Under the pieces are notes generated by a model. That model worked only from the letters and a program-made list of their open reading frames with translations. It had not been told where the DNA came from and did no database searches. DNA of 64,000 nt, taken from contig OY761159.2 in NCBI GenBank assembly GCA_963664395.2, positions 1,344,001-1,408,000 on the forward strand. The letters run 5' to 3'. The position numbers and the translations under genes were made by a program. Positions 1-8,659 of this stretch are shown one piece after another. Source of the stretch: Candidatus Binatia bacterium. Lineage in GTDB: Bacteria; Desulfobacterota; Binatia; Bin18. Position 1 is the stretch's first letter. The number at the start of each line of letters is the position of its first letter.

Positions 1-75
1 CAGGCATTTGGGCGTTGTTGCGGTCAGAGGCAGGAGTCGCTTGCCCTGCCCCGCGCTCAAGATGATAGCCTTCAT
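1..75 (-). CDS. Nucleotidyltransferase (NTP_transferase / phosphocholine cytidylyltransferase-like), N-terminus only, runs off the window edge
   Basis: Reverse strand from ATG at 75 reads MKAIILSAGQGKRLLPLTATTPKCL, the G-x-G-x-R-L-x-P-L-T-x3-P-K signature. Confidence 0.85.
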   Translation of the reverse strand, partial: MKAIILSAGQGKRLLPLTATTPKCL

Positions 76-294
76 GTATTTCTGCTCGGGAGATATGCTC
101 CGGGATGAACCTGGGATAGTCTATCCACTATGTGCCACATAGTCCCACATAGTGCCGCCTTCTATTATCCGATTATCCGATCCTGCAATGGGACAGTAGC
201 CGAATGATTCTGCCCGGTATAAGAGAAAACCTGCAACGAATCAAGCAGGACGAGGCCGCCCGATAGCTGGACTGGCTGGTGATGGGCTTCCGGT

Positions 295-2022
295 ATGCAT
301 CAGACCTCTGCGCTCTTCAGACGACGGCTGGGACGAACGCTCAGTCGTTACGTCGCCGAAGAACTTGTTTTTCCCATACTCCTGGCCTTCGGAGGGCTCA
401 CCGGGTTGCTCTTGGCCCAGGACTTGGTCGGGCTGTCGGATCTCATTATTAATCGCGGCTCCGGTGCGTCAGCGGTTATTCAGATTATTTTCCATACCTT
501 TCTGCCACTCGCTACCTTGACCCTGCCCTTTGCCTTTCTCATTGGTACACTGCTCGGCCTGGGGCGGCTGAAGGCGGATTGCGAAGTTCTTGTCATTGAA
601 GCCATGGGCATTTCGGGGCGGACGCTGCTCTGGCCCGTGTCACTGATTGCCATTGTGATGACAATTTTTGCCTTCCTGCTCACTCTGGAGATTGCTCCCT
701 ATGCAGCGCGTTCACGCTCTCAATTATTTCAGCAACTGGTCCAGGATAATCCCGGCGTGATTCTGCGACCGGGGATAGTCCATGAATTTGGTGGATCGAA
801 AATCGTTGTTCGAGAGATTTCTGCACGTGGGGATCAGCTTCGTGGCGTCCTGCTGTGGATGGAGGAGGATGGACAGACCAATCTGATCGGCAACACTATT
901 TTTGCTGAGCAGGCGACTCTCACACCGCAACACAATGCGTCGGCAACCTTGACTCTGCTGGATGGGGTGGCATTGATCCCGCCGCAACAAGGGGGAGGAG
1001 AAACACGTTTTAATAGATTCAGCACGACGCTTGAAGGCTATGCGATTGCGAAGGATGACAGCGAAGATCGTCTCGCCCGAGCCTCACTGGCATCCTTAGC
1101 CCGGCTCGCTGCCGACCCCGGCCCGTCCCCCCGGCTCGCGCTTCAAGCCCACACCGAATTTCATCGCCGCTTTGCCTCCCCGGCTGCGTGTCTGGTCTTT
1201 GGCCTGCTTGCCGTCGCGCTGGTACTCCAGAGCCGCCAACTTTCTCGCGCAACAAGCGGGATTGCCGGCCTCTTTGTCACCATCGCCTACTATGGCCTCG
1301 TCCAACTCGGCGAAGGGCTTGCCCAAGCACAGATCCTCGGTGTTGGGGTCAGTGCCTGGCTACCAAACATCACTATTGGGAGCTTTGCGCTCCTGCTTTT
1401 GTACCAAGGAGAACTCAAAGCCAAGACTGCCTGGTCAATCGGCCGTCTGACCCGACCAGCATTCCGGCCAGTCCAGAGGATACGTTTTCAGCGCGCTCTG
1501 TTACGGGCGCGCGGCGTGGTTGCGCATTACTTCTTTGAGCCAGTCCGGAAGCTATGTGCCCGGCGCTATCTGTTATCCCGCTATATTGTGCGGCAGTATC
1601 TCCAGAGGATACGTTTTCAGCGCGCTCTGTTACGGGCGCGCGGCGTGGTTGCCGGCGCTATGCCCGGCGCTATCTGTTATCCCGCTATATTGTGCGGCAG
1701 TATCTCCAGAGGATACGTTTTCAGCGCGCTCTGTTACGGGCGCGCGGCGTGGTTGCGCATTATTTCTTTGAGCCAGTCCAGAGGCTATGTGCCCGGCGCT
1801 ATCTGTTATCCCGCTATATTGCGCGGCAGTATCTCCAGATGCTGGGGGTCGCATTTGGTCTGTTACTCGTGGGCTATTTCCTGGTGGATATTCTTCGTCG
1901 CTTCCAGCAACTGGCCCGCTATCAGGCCGAGAGCATGGAGGTTGTTCGGTTTTATGCGGCCCGGCTTCCCCTCTTGGCTTCCCGCATCCTTCCGATGGCC
2001 CTCCTCCTGGCCACAGCGCTGA
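295..2022 (+). CDS. lptF: LptF/LptG-family permease, LptF-like half; sequence after ~1650 is out-of-frame repeat-derived
   Basis: LSRYVAEELVFP, LGRLKADCEVLVIEAMGIS, TEFHRRFASPAACLVF and AWLPNI are YjgP/YjgQ hallmarks. Confidence 0.8.
   Translation: MHQTSALFRRRLGRTLSRYVAEELVFPILLAFGGLTGLLLAQDLVGLSDLIINRGSGASAVIQIIFHTFLPLATLTLPFAFLIGTLLGLGRLKADCEVLVIEAMGISGRTLLWPVSLIAIVMTIFAFLLTLEIAPYAARSRSQLFQQLVQDNPGVILRPGIVHEFGGSKIVVREISARGDQLRGVLLWMEEDGQTNLIGNTIFAEQATLTPQHNASATLTLLDGVALIPPQQGGGETRFNRFSTTLEGYAIAKDDSEDRLARASLASLARLAADPGPSPRLALQAHTEFHRRFASPAACLVFGLLAVALVLQSRQLSRATSGIAGLFVTIAYYGLVQLGEGLAQAQILGVGVSAWLPNITIGSFALLLLYQGELKAKTAWSIGRLTRPAFRPVQRIRFQRALLRARGVVAHYFFEPVRKLCARRYLLSRYIVRQYLQRIRFQRALLRARGVVAGAMPGAICYPAILCGSISRGYVFSALCYGRAAWLRIISLSQSRGYVPGAICYPAILRGSISRCWGSHLVCYSWAISWWIFFVASSNWPAIRPRAWRLFGFMRPGFPSWLPASFRWPSSWPQR
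1472..1839 (+). repeat. ~3x tandem repeat (units of 129, 104 and ~129 bp) at the LptF/LptG junction
   Basis: tccagaggatacgttttcagcgcgctctgttacgggcgcgcggcgtggttgc starts at 1472, 1601 and 1705; tgcccggcgctatctgttatcccgctatattg starts at 1557, 1661 and 1790. Confidence 0.95.
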
Positions 2023-2864
2023 CCGTCAGTCTCCTGTCCGCCCAGCGCGAACTCATTGCCGTGCGAGCCTGCGGTATTGCGGCATCACGAGCATTAGCCC
2101 CGATTTTTCTCATCGCGGCACTCATCACACCAGCCTATTTCCTCTTTAATGAAATCGTCGTCCCTCAAACAAACGCGCTGGCTGACCATCTCAAAGAAAC
2201 ACAGATCAAGGACCGCGGCGCAGGGGCACAGCGCCTGGAGAAAGCCATCTGGTATCGTGCCGGGACGCATGCGTATCAAGCAACCCAGCTCGACCCTACG
2301 CTCGGGAAAGCTCAAGACCTTTCGATCTATGAGCTGGGAGCGAACGGCTTGCCAGTGAGCCGCACGGACGCACGCTCAGCCTCTTATGTTGGGCAGGGTA
2401 TGTGGGAACTGGTTGACCCGGTGCGGGTCGAAATCTCAGAGCAAGGATTACGGACCACGCCTGCTGAGCCCCTGACCCAGCTCGGCACGACGCCCCGTAA
2501 AAAAAAGGTGGATACCAAGAGTTGGAACGTGCAGCGGCTCACCCAAGAGATACGGGAAGCGGAAGCCGCAGGATATCAGGCTACAACCTATCGGGTAGAT
2601 CTGCACGCCAAGCTTGCCCTGCCGTTGACCTGTCTCCTCTTCCCGGCGGTCGTCTTGTTCTTTGCGGTACACGGACCACCATTTCCTGGTCCGGCGCCGA
2701 CGTTCTTTGCCAGCATCATCCTCGGGGTGAGCTACATCGTCCTGTCCGATGTCTTTATTTCACTCGGCTATGGCGGCTTCCTCCCACCGAGCCTTGCCGG
2801 TTGGAGTGTCTCTGGGCTCCTGTCCATACTTGCCGTCGGATTCGCTCTCCGCCTCAAAAACTAG
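1554..2864 (+). CDS. lptG: LptF/LptG-family permease, LptG-like half (true domain starts ~1795, RYLLSRYIARQYL)
   Basis: LSRYIARQYL, LSAQRELIAVRACGI, FNEIVVP, YRVDLHAKLALPL, LPPSLAGW. Confidence 0.8.
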   Translation: MCPALSVIPLYCAAVSPEDTFSARSVTGARRGCRRYARRYLLSRYIVRQYLQRIRFQRALLRARGVVAHYFFEPVQRLCARRYLLSRYIARQYLQMLGVAFGLLLVGYFLVDILRRFQQLARYQAESMEVVRFYAARLPLLASRILPMALLLATALTVSLLSAQRELIAVRACGIAASRALAPIFLIAALITPAYFLFNEIVVPQTNALADHLKETQIKDRGAGAQRLEKAIWYRAGTHAYQATQLDPTLGKAQDLSIYELGANGLPVSRTDARSASYVGQGMWELVDPVRVEISEQGLRTTPAEPLTQLGTTPRKKKVDTKSWNVQRLTQEIREAEAAGYQATTYRVDLHAKLALPLTCLLFPAVVLFFAVHGPPFPGPAPTFFASIILGVSYIVLSDVFISLGYGGFLPPSLAGWSVSGLLSILAVGFALRLKN

Positions 2865-2871
2865 GTGTTCC

Positions 2872-3648
2872 ATGCGCGCTCCGGCTGTTATTTTTCCCCT
2901 GAGATATATCGGTACTATATCTCAGGTCAGGCTGCTACTTATTTTGTTGTGGCTTACCTGTGGCCTGCCGATGAACGCTGGCTGTACGGCCACTAGTGAC
3001 ACGAGCCAAGAAGACACGTCTTACACAGCCGCACGGAACCGCATGGTGATAGAGCAGATAAAGAAACGGGGAATTCAGGATGAACGCGTCTTACACACGC
3101 TCACGACCGTCCCGCGGCATCTGTTTATCCCGCCAGCCTACCGGGATCATGCTTACGACGATGGCCCTCTCCCCATCGGTCAGGGACAGACCATCTCCCA
3201 GCCCTACATCGTGGCGCTCATGAGCGAGCGTTTGGAACTCAGCGGCGATGAGCGCGTGTTGGAAATCGGTACGGGCTCAGGCTATCAGGCTGCGGTTTTG
3301 AGCCTCCTGGCGAAACAGGTGTATTCCATTGAGATTGTCCCCCAACTGATGTCCACAGCGAGTCGGCTGCTCGCACAACTCGGTTATGACAACGTGACGG
3401 TGCTACTCGGAGATGGGAACGTTGGTTGGGAAAAAGAAAAACCGTATGACGCGATTATTGTCACTGCCGCCGCACCCCATATTCCTCCTGCGCTGATAGA
3501 ACAACTCGCCGAAGGCGGGCGTATGGTCCTGCCGGTTGTCCGCGGCGAGGAGCAGTACCTCCTGAGACTGCGGAAACAGCAGGGCCGGATTGTTGAGGAA
3601 GACTTGGGGCTGGTCCGGTTTGTCCCGTTAGTGGGAGGGGCATCGTAG
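2872..3648 (+). CDS. pcm: Protein-L-isoaspartate(D-aspartate) O-methyltransferase; start uncertain
   Basis: VPRHLFIP, AYDDGPLPIGQGQTISQPYIVA, VLEIGTGSGYQAA, PYDAIIVTAA, VRFVPL. Confidence 0.93.
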   Translation: MRAPAVIFPLRYIGTISQVRLLLILLWLTCGLPMNAGCTATSDTSQEDTSYTAARNRMVIEQIKKRGIQDERVLHTLTTVPRHLFIPPAYRDHAYDDGPLPIGQGQTISQPYIVALMSERLELSGDERVLEIGTGSGYQAAVLSLLAKQVYSIEIVPQLMSTASRLLAQLGYDNVTVLLGDGNVGWEKEKPYDAIIVTAAAPHIPPALIEQLAEGGRMVLPVVRGEEQYLLRLRKQQGRIVEEDLGLVRFVPLVGGAS

Positions 3649-3658
3649 CACAACCCGG

Positions 3659-3703
3659 CGCTGCTCCAGGGCACAAGCCCACACGGCTGCCCTTGGAGCA
3701 GCG
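3659..3703. terminator. Stem-loop between convergent pcm and cupredoxin genes
   Basis: cgctgctccagggca ... tgcccttggagcagcg imperfect inverted repeat. Confidence 0.5.
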
Positions 3704-3716
3704 GTCAAACCGCTCG

Positions 3717-4138
3717 TTATTCTTTCTTCCCCCCCGCATGCACAATCAGTTGCGCAGAAACGTGGGCGGGGTGCAGCTGACACTTCACATCAAACAGACC
3801 GGCTTTGTCTGCCACAAACTCGACCGTCTTGGTCTCGCCGCTGTTGACCACCTCTTCGACGCCAAAAGCCGGAATGGAAAAACCGTGGTTGGGCGGGTCG
3901 CCGGGAATCTTATTCACCACTGTGATCTGGACCTTCTCGCCTTGCTCGGCAATAAGCACGGACGGAACAAACATTTTTGCGCCTTCATACAAGACGTTTA
4001 CGACCGTAAATTTCCGAGTCGCAGCCATCTCTCCCTCAGCGTGCTGGTCGGCCCAGGCCGCGGGTGCGACCGTCACCGCGAGCCGAGTGCGAGCAGGCTC
4101 AGCGTTGTTCGTGTGATTCTCCACCACTGCTGGATCAT
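3717..4138 (-). CDS. Periplasmic cupredoxin, nitrosocyanin-like; signal peptide separated by a 1-nt frameshift near 4080
   Basis: HGFSIPAFGVEEVV...FVADKAGLFDVKCQLHPAH. AAGGAGG precedes ATG 4138, which encodes MIQQWWRITRTTLSLLALG and joins AVTVAPAAWA only with one extra base. Confidence 0.8.
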
Positions 4139-4385
4139 ACCATCCTCCTTCACTACGTTAGGATAATGATTGTAGTGAGCCCAGGTGGGCCGAGCTCAAC
4201 GTGCTGCCTGTTACAAGGAGGCGAGCTGGATAGTCGGGTGTCGGTTCGGGCTAACCGCAGGAGAGTTTATAGCAGTCCCTCGCTGGGACGTGGAAAAGGC
4301 CACCATGCGATGATTGCAACGGGACCGCCTGTTCGTTCGCTTCCAGGGCTGACCCTCCCGTACTTCCTTGCTATGATGCGCCGAC

Positions 4386-6577
4386 ATGTCCGCCCACGCC
4401 GCCTTCAAACTCGTCTCGGACTTTCAGCCCCAGGGTGACCAGCCCCAGGCGATTGATCAACTCACCCAAGGCTTGCAAAACGGTCTGGATCGGCAGGTTT
4501 TGCTGGGCGTCACCGGCTCGGGCAAAACCTTTTCCATGGCGCATGTCATTGCGCGGCTGCTAGGTCGTTAACCGGCCGGCACTGGTGATGGCGCCCAATA
4601 AAACGCTGGCAGCCCAGCTCTACAGCGAATTCAAAGAACTCTTCCCTGAAAATGCGGTGCGCTACTTCGTCAGTTATTACGATTACTACCAACCCAACAG
4701 AGATTAAAGGCTACGAACGCCTACGTCCCCCAGAGCGATACCTATGTGGAGAAAGACGCCTCGATTAACGAAGAAATCGATAAGATGCGCCACTCCGCGA
4801 CCAAGGCGCTATTAGAACGGCGCGATACCATTATCGTCGCCAGCCCGGTGTCTCGTGTATCTATGGGCTCGGGTCGCCCGAATCATATTTCGACCTCATC
4901 CTCTTTGTCGAAGAGAGCAGCGAAGTGAACCGCGACGCGCTGCTCCGCAAGCTGGTCGATATTCAGTACCAGCGCAACGACTTTGACTTTCATCGCGGCA
5001 CGTTTCGGGTACGGGGCGATGTGGTCGAGGTCTTTCCTGCCTATGAAGAGAGCCGGGCGATTCGGATTGAATTCTTTGGCGATACGGTTGAGGCGATTGC
5101 CGAGATCGATCCGCGCAGAGGCAAGGTCCTGCGGCGGCTGGATAAAATTGCTATCTATCCGGCAAGCCATTATGTCACCACCTCCAGCCGGCTGAAGCGC
5201 GCCACGCAGGCCATCCAAGAGGAACTGACCGAACGGCTCACAGAGCTGCAAAAGGAAGACAAGCTCGTTGAAAGCCAGCGCTTGGAGCAACGCACCCGGT
5301 ACGATTTAGCCCTCTTACGAGAAATGGGCTTTTGTCCGGGTATCGAGAATTACTCGCGTCATCTGGATGGCCGACAACCAGGCGAACCGCCCCATACGCT
5401 GCTCAACTATTTTCCTGACGACTACCTCGTCTTCATTGATGAAAGCCATGTCACCGTTCCTCAGATTGGCGGCATGTACCGCGGCGACCGCTCGCGCAAG
5501 ACCACCCTGGTGGAGTATGGTTTTCGTCTGCCCTCCGCGCTGGATAACCGCCCCCTCAGCTTTCATGAATTCGAGCACCGCGCCGGCCAGACCGTGTATG
5601 TCTCAGCCACGCCGGGTGACTATGAACGCGAGCAGGGCAAAGGCCGCATTGTTGAACAGCTCATTCGTCCCACCGGCCTGCTGGACCCCGAAATTGCGGT
5701 CCGGCCAGCCGGAGAACAGGTGGATGATCTCCTGGAAGAAATTCGGCTGCGGAGTGAAAAAGGCGAGCGCGTGCTCGTAACCACACTGACCAAACGGTTG
5801 GCTGAAGACCTGACCGATTACTATCAGGAAATAGGCATTCGGGTGCGCTATCTCCACTCGGATATCGACACCCTTGAGCGCGTAGAAATCATTCGCGCCC
5901 TACGCCAAGGCAGCTTCGATGTCCTGATTGGCATTAACCTGCTGCGCGAGGGACTCGATATTCCTGAGGTGTCTCTGGTGGCCATTCTCGATGCGGACAA
6001 AGAGGGCTATCTGCGCTCTGAGCGTTCACTGATCCAAACCATTGGCCGCGCCGCTCGAAATATCAATGGGACCGTCCTGCTCTACGCAGATAAAATAACC
6101 AATTCGATGCAGCGGGCCATCGATGAAACCCTCCGGCGGCGGCGTCTCCAATCCAAGTATAATAAGAAGCACGGCATCACACCTGAAAGTATCCGCAAAG
6201 CCCTGTCTTCGCCACTCGTGACGGTCTATGAAGCCGACCATGTGACGGTTCCCATCGTTTCTGAAGACAGCGCAGACTATAGCGCAGTCCGCGACCTGCC
6301 CAGGCTGATTGAACAGACCCGCAGGGAAATGAAGGCGGCGGCGGCGGCGCTGGACTTTGAACAGGCCGCAGAACGCCGGGATCGCTTACAAAATTTGGAA
6401 CGGCGTGCCCTGGGTTTGCCTGGTGAAGCAGCCGTCTCTCCAGTAGGGATAGGTTTGAAACCCGCCCCTACTGCGCCAGGCACGAAACCGGCCACAAGAG
6501 GCCGCAAGAAAAAGACCCCTTCACAGAACTCAAGCAAAGCCCTGTCCCGAGGCCGCCGCGCGCGCTGGCGGGGTTGA
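4386..6577 (+). pseudogene. uvrB: Excinuclease ABC subunit B, interrupted by short insertions near 4560, 4696-4718 and 4845-4856 (probably sequencing error); main ORF 4925..6577
   Basis: [63 protein letters not shown] and the UVR motif [11 protein letters not shown], spread over several frames. Confidence 0.93.
6443..6471. repeat. GTAG-type REP-like palindrome inside the uvrB 3' extension
   Basis: gtagggataggtttgaaacccgcccctac. Confidence 0.7.
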
Positions 6578-6736
6578 AAGGCTGAGTGGAGTCGGCTGGC
6601 GCTACGCGGGCTCGACCTACAGGACTCTTCCCCTGCTTTCCGCTAGGGGGGCTCCCGCGTAGGATGTCAGGGTACTTCCACTCCGCTCGCAAACTGCTAA
6701 AAGCGGACAGCCAGACGGAACGGTCAAGGAACAGCC

Positions 6737-7384
6737 ATGTCACAAGACCGAAAAGACCCCACCGAACACACGGACGAGATTGCCCACGCTCGCGCCATTC
6801 TCAATGTAGAAGCAGAGGCCGTACGTGCTATTCATCTCAACAACGATTTTCTTCGAGCACTGGATATCCTGGAGCACTGTACCGGCAAAGTTATTCTCAC
6901 CGGCATGGGAAAAGTCGGTATTATTGCCATGAAGATTGCGACCACGCTTTCCTCAACCGGCACCCCGGCCTGTTTTCTGCATCCCGGAGAAGCGGCTCAC
7001 GGCGACCTTGGACTGATCGGCAAAAACGATGTCATCATCACGTTTTCCAACAGTGGCAAAACGCGCGAGGTTTTGGAAACCATAGATCGAGCAAAACAGT
7101 TGTACGACGTACCGCTGATAGCCGTGACCGGTCATCCGCGCTCGCCCATTGCCCGTAAAAGCGACCTGGTTCTCAGTGTTGGTGCCATTAAAGAACCCTG
7201 CCCGATCGGCCTGACTCCCTCAGCTAGTACCACAGCCATACTCGCCTTGGGCGATGCCTTGACCCTCGTCCTCATGACCCGCAAACGCTTTACCAAGGCC
7301 GATTACGCCAAATTCCACCACGGCGGATATTTGGGTCAACGCGCCCGCAAAGAAGCAGAAGAAGAACTGACCGCCAGAACGTAA
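6737..7384 (+). CDS. kdsD: KpsF/GutQ-family arabinose-5-phosphate isomerase, SIS domain only (no CBS pair)
   Basis: TGMGKVG, TLSSTGTPACFLHPGEAAHGDLG, SNSGKT, EPCPIGLTPSASTT, YAKFHHGGYLG followed by the stop. Confidence 0.85.
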   Translation: MSQDRKDPTEHTDEIAHARAILNVEAEAVRAIHLNNDFLRALDILEHCTGKVILTGMGKVGIIAMKIATTLSSTGTPACFLHPGEAAHGDLGLIGKNDVIITFSNSGKTREVLETIDRAKQLYDVPLIAVTGHPRSPIARKSDLVLSVGAIKEPCPIGLTPSASTTAILALGDALTLVLMTRKRFTKADYAKFHHGGYLGQRARKEAEEELTART

Positions 7385-7396
7385 AGCCCAAAAGCA

Positions 7397-7696
7397 TTGA
7401 TCCACCTACTGACCGAGCGGTTGGGGCTGGTCAATGAGGTTGTTCCGCGTGACCAGCTCGAAGCAGAAACCATGAAACTCGCCCAACGCATTGCCCTGCA
7501 GGACGCCTATGCGCTGCGGATTGCTAAATTCTCGATGAACCAGATGCAAGACGAAGCCGGCTTTCGGACCGGCGTCACCGGCGCGTTTCAATCGTATGCA
7601 CTCACGCGCATGTATCGTCTGGAAAAAGGCGAAGACACATTTGCGGGGCCGAAGCGTGCCAAGGAACGCGACGCGGCGTTTGGGGATAATCGCTAA
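7397..7696 (+). pseudogene. C-terminal fragment of an enoyl-CoA hydratase/isomerase
   Basis: ERLGLVNEVVPRDQLEAETMKLAQRIA is the crotonase C-terminal motif; the catalytic N-terminal part is absent. Confidence 0.75.
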
Positions 7697-7699
7697 GTG

Positions 7700-8644
7700 C
7701 TACTCCAAACGAAAGCAGGGAAACAGCTCAGCCGCAAGGTGGCGCAATTGATCCATGGTCGCGGCCGCGGGTACAGCCGGAAGAAGCGTGATATGCCGTG
7801 CCCCGGCGTCAATATAGCGCTGTAGCGTGGCGGCGCACTCCGAAGCCGGACCGAGCGCGCTGTACTTATCAATAATCGTATCAAAGGATTGGTTGTACTC
7901 GGTTGACAGCGTGCGCACAGCGTTGGCTCTCGCTTCTTCGTAGGTCGGGGCGATGCAGAAATAGAGGACAACGCCTCCAGTAAACGTGGTACGCGACGCT
8001 TCGTCGCGTTGCTGCCAGTGCTCCAGCGCCTTGTCCAAACTCGTACGAAAACGCTCTGGCGTTACAAAATACGCGAGCCAGCCGTCCCCATACGTCCCGG
8101 CCCGCTTCAACGCGGCATCAACTCGGCCACCGACCCAGATAGGCGGATGCGGTTGCTGAAGTGGACGCGGGGCCATATTGGCATTCTCAAATTGCAGGAA
8201 CTGTCCATCAATCGTCGCCGAAGGATCGGTCCAGAGCGCCTTAATCACCCGCAGCCCTTCAGTGGCACGCCGGCCCCGTTCTCGTAACGCAATGCCGCAG
8301 GCTTCATATTCTTTTTGAAACTCGCCTCCAACACCAACGCCTAGAATGGATCGCCCACCGGACAGCCAATCCAATGTGCCTATCATTTTGGCGACCAGGG
8401 TCGGATTCCGTAACGGCAGGAGCAGCACCCCGGTGCCGAGTTTGATTGTTGTCGTACGCGCGGCAAACGCCCCCAGCATGGTAAACGGGTCAAGCACCGG
8501 GCTGTGCCAGAGCACATGGTCGCGGTAGAAAAGAATGTCATAGCCAAGCTGTTCGATTTCCTCGGCCCAACGACACAGCGTCGGTCCGGAAACCAGCCCG
8601 CCCCCAAACCCGCCTAAGGTTGTCCCGAATGTGACCTGGCTCAT
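7700..8644 (-). CDS. LLM-class flavin/F420-dependent oxidoreductase
   Basis: LDPFTMLGAFAARTTTIKLGTGVLLLPLRNP, LSGGRSILGVGVG, QQPHPPIWVGG. Confidence 0.9.
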   Translation of the reverse strand: MSQVTFGTTLGGFGGGLVSGPTLCRWAEEIEQLGYDILFYRDHVLWHSPVLDPFTMLGAFAARTTTIKLGTGVLLLPLRNPTLVAKMIGTLDWLSGGRSILGVGVGGEFQKEYEACGIALRERGRRATEGLRVIKALWTDPSATIDGQFLQFENANMAPRPLQQPHPPIWVGGRVDAALKRAGTYGDGWLAYFVTPERFRTSLDKALEHWQQRDEASRTTFTGGVVLYFCIAPTYEEARANAVRTLSTEYNQSFDTIIDKYSALGPASECAATLQRYIDAGARHITLLPAVPAAATMDQLRHLAAELFPCFRLE

Positions 8645-8659
8645 CTTCCGTATCCTTGA

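Noticed and set aside
126-183. Short duplications (ccacatagt x2, attatccg x2) as operators
   Set aside because: Only two short copies each; cannot be distinguished from slippage or consensus noise
1472-1839. CRISPR array
   Set aside because: The segments between repeats are themselves repeated and coding; there are no unique spacers and no cas genes
4560-4860. Programmed frameshift or intron in uvrB
   Set aside because: Three unrelated short insertions with no slippery sites or splice structure; sequence error is more likely
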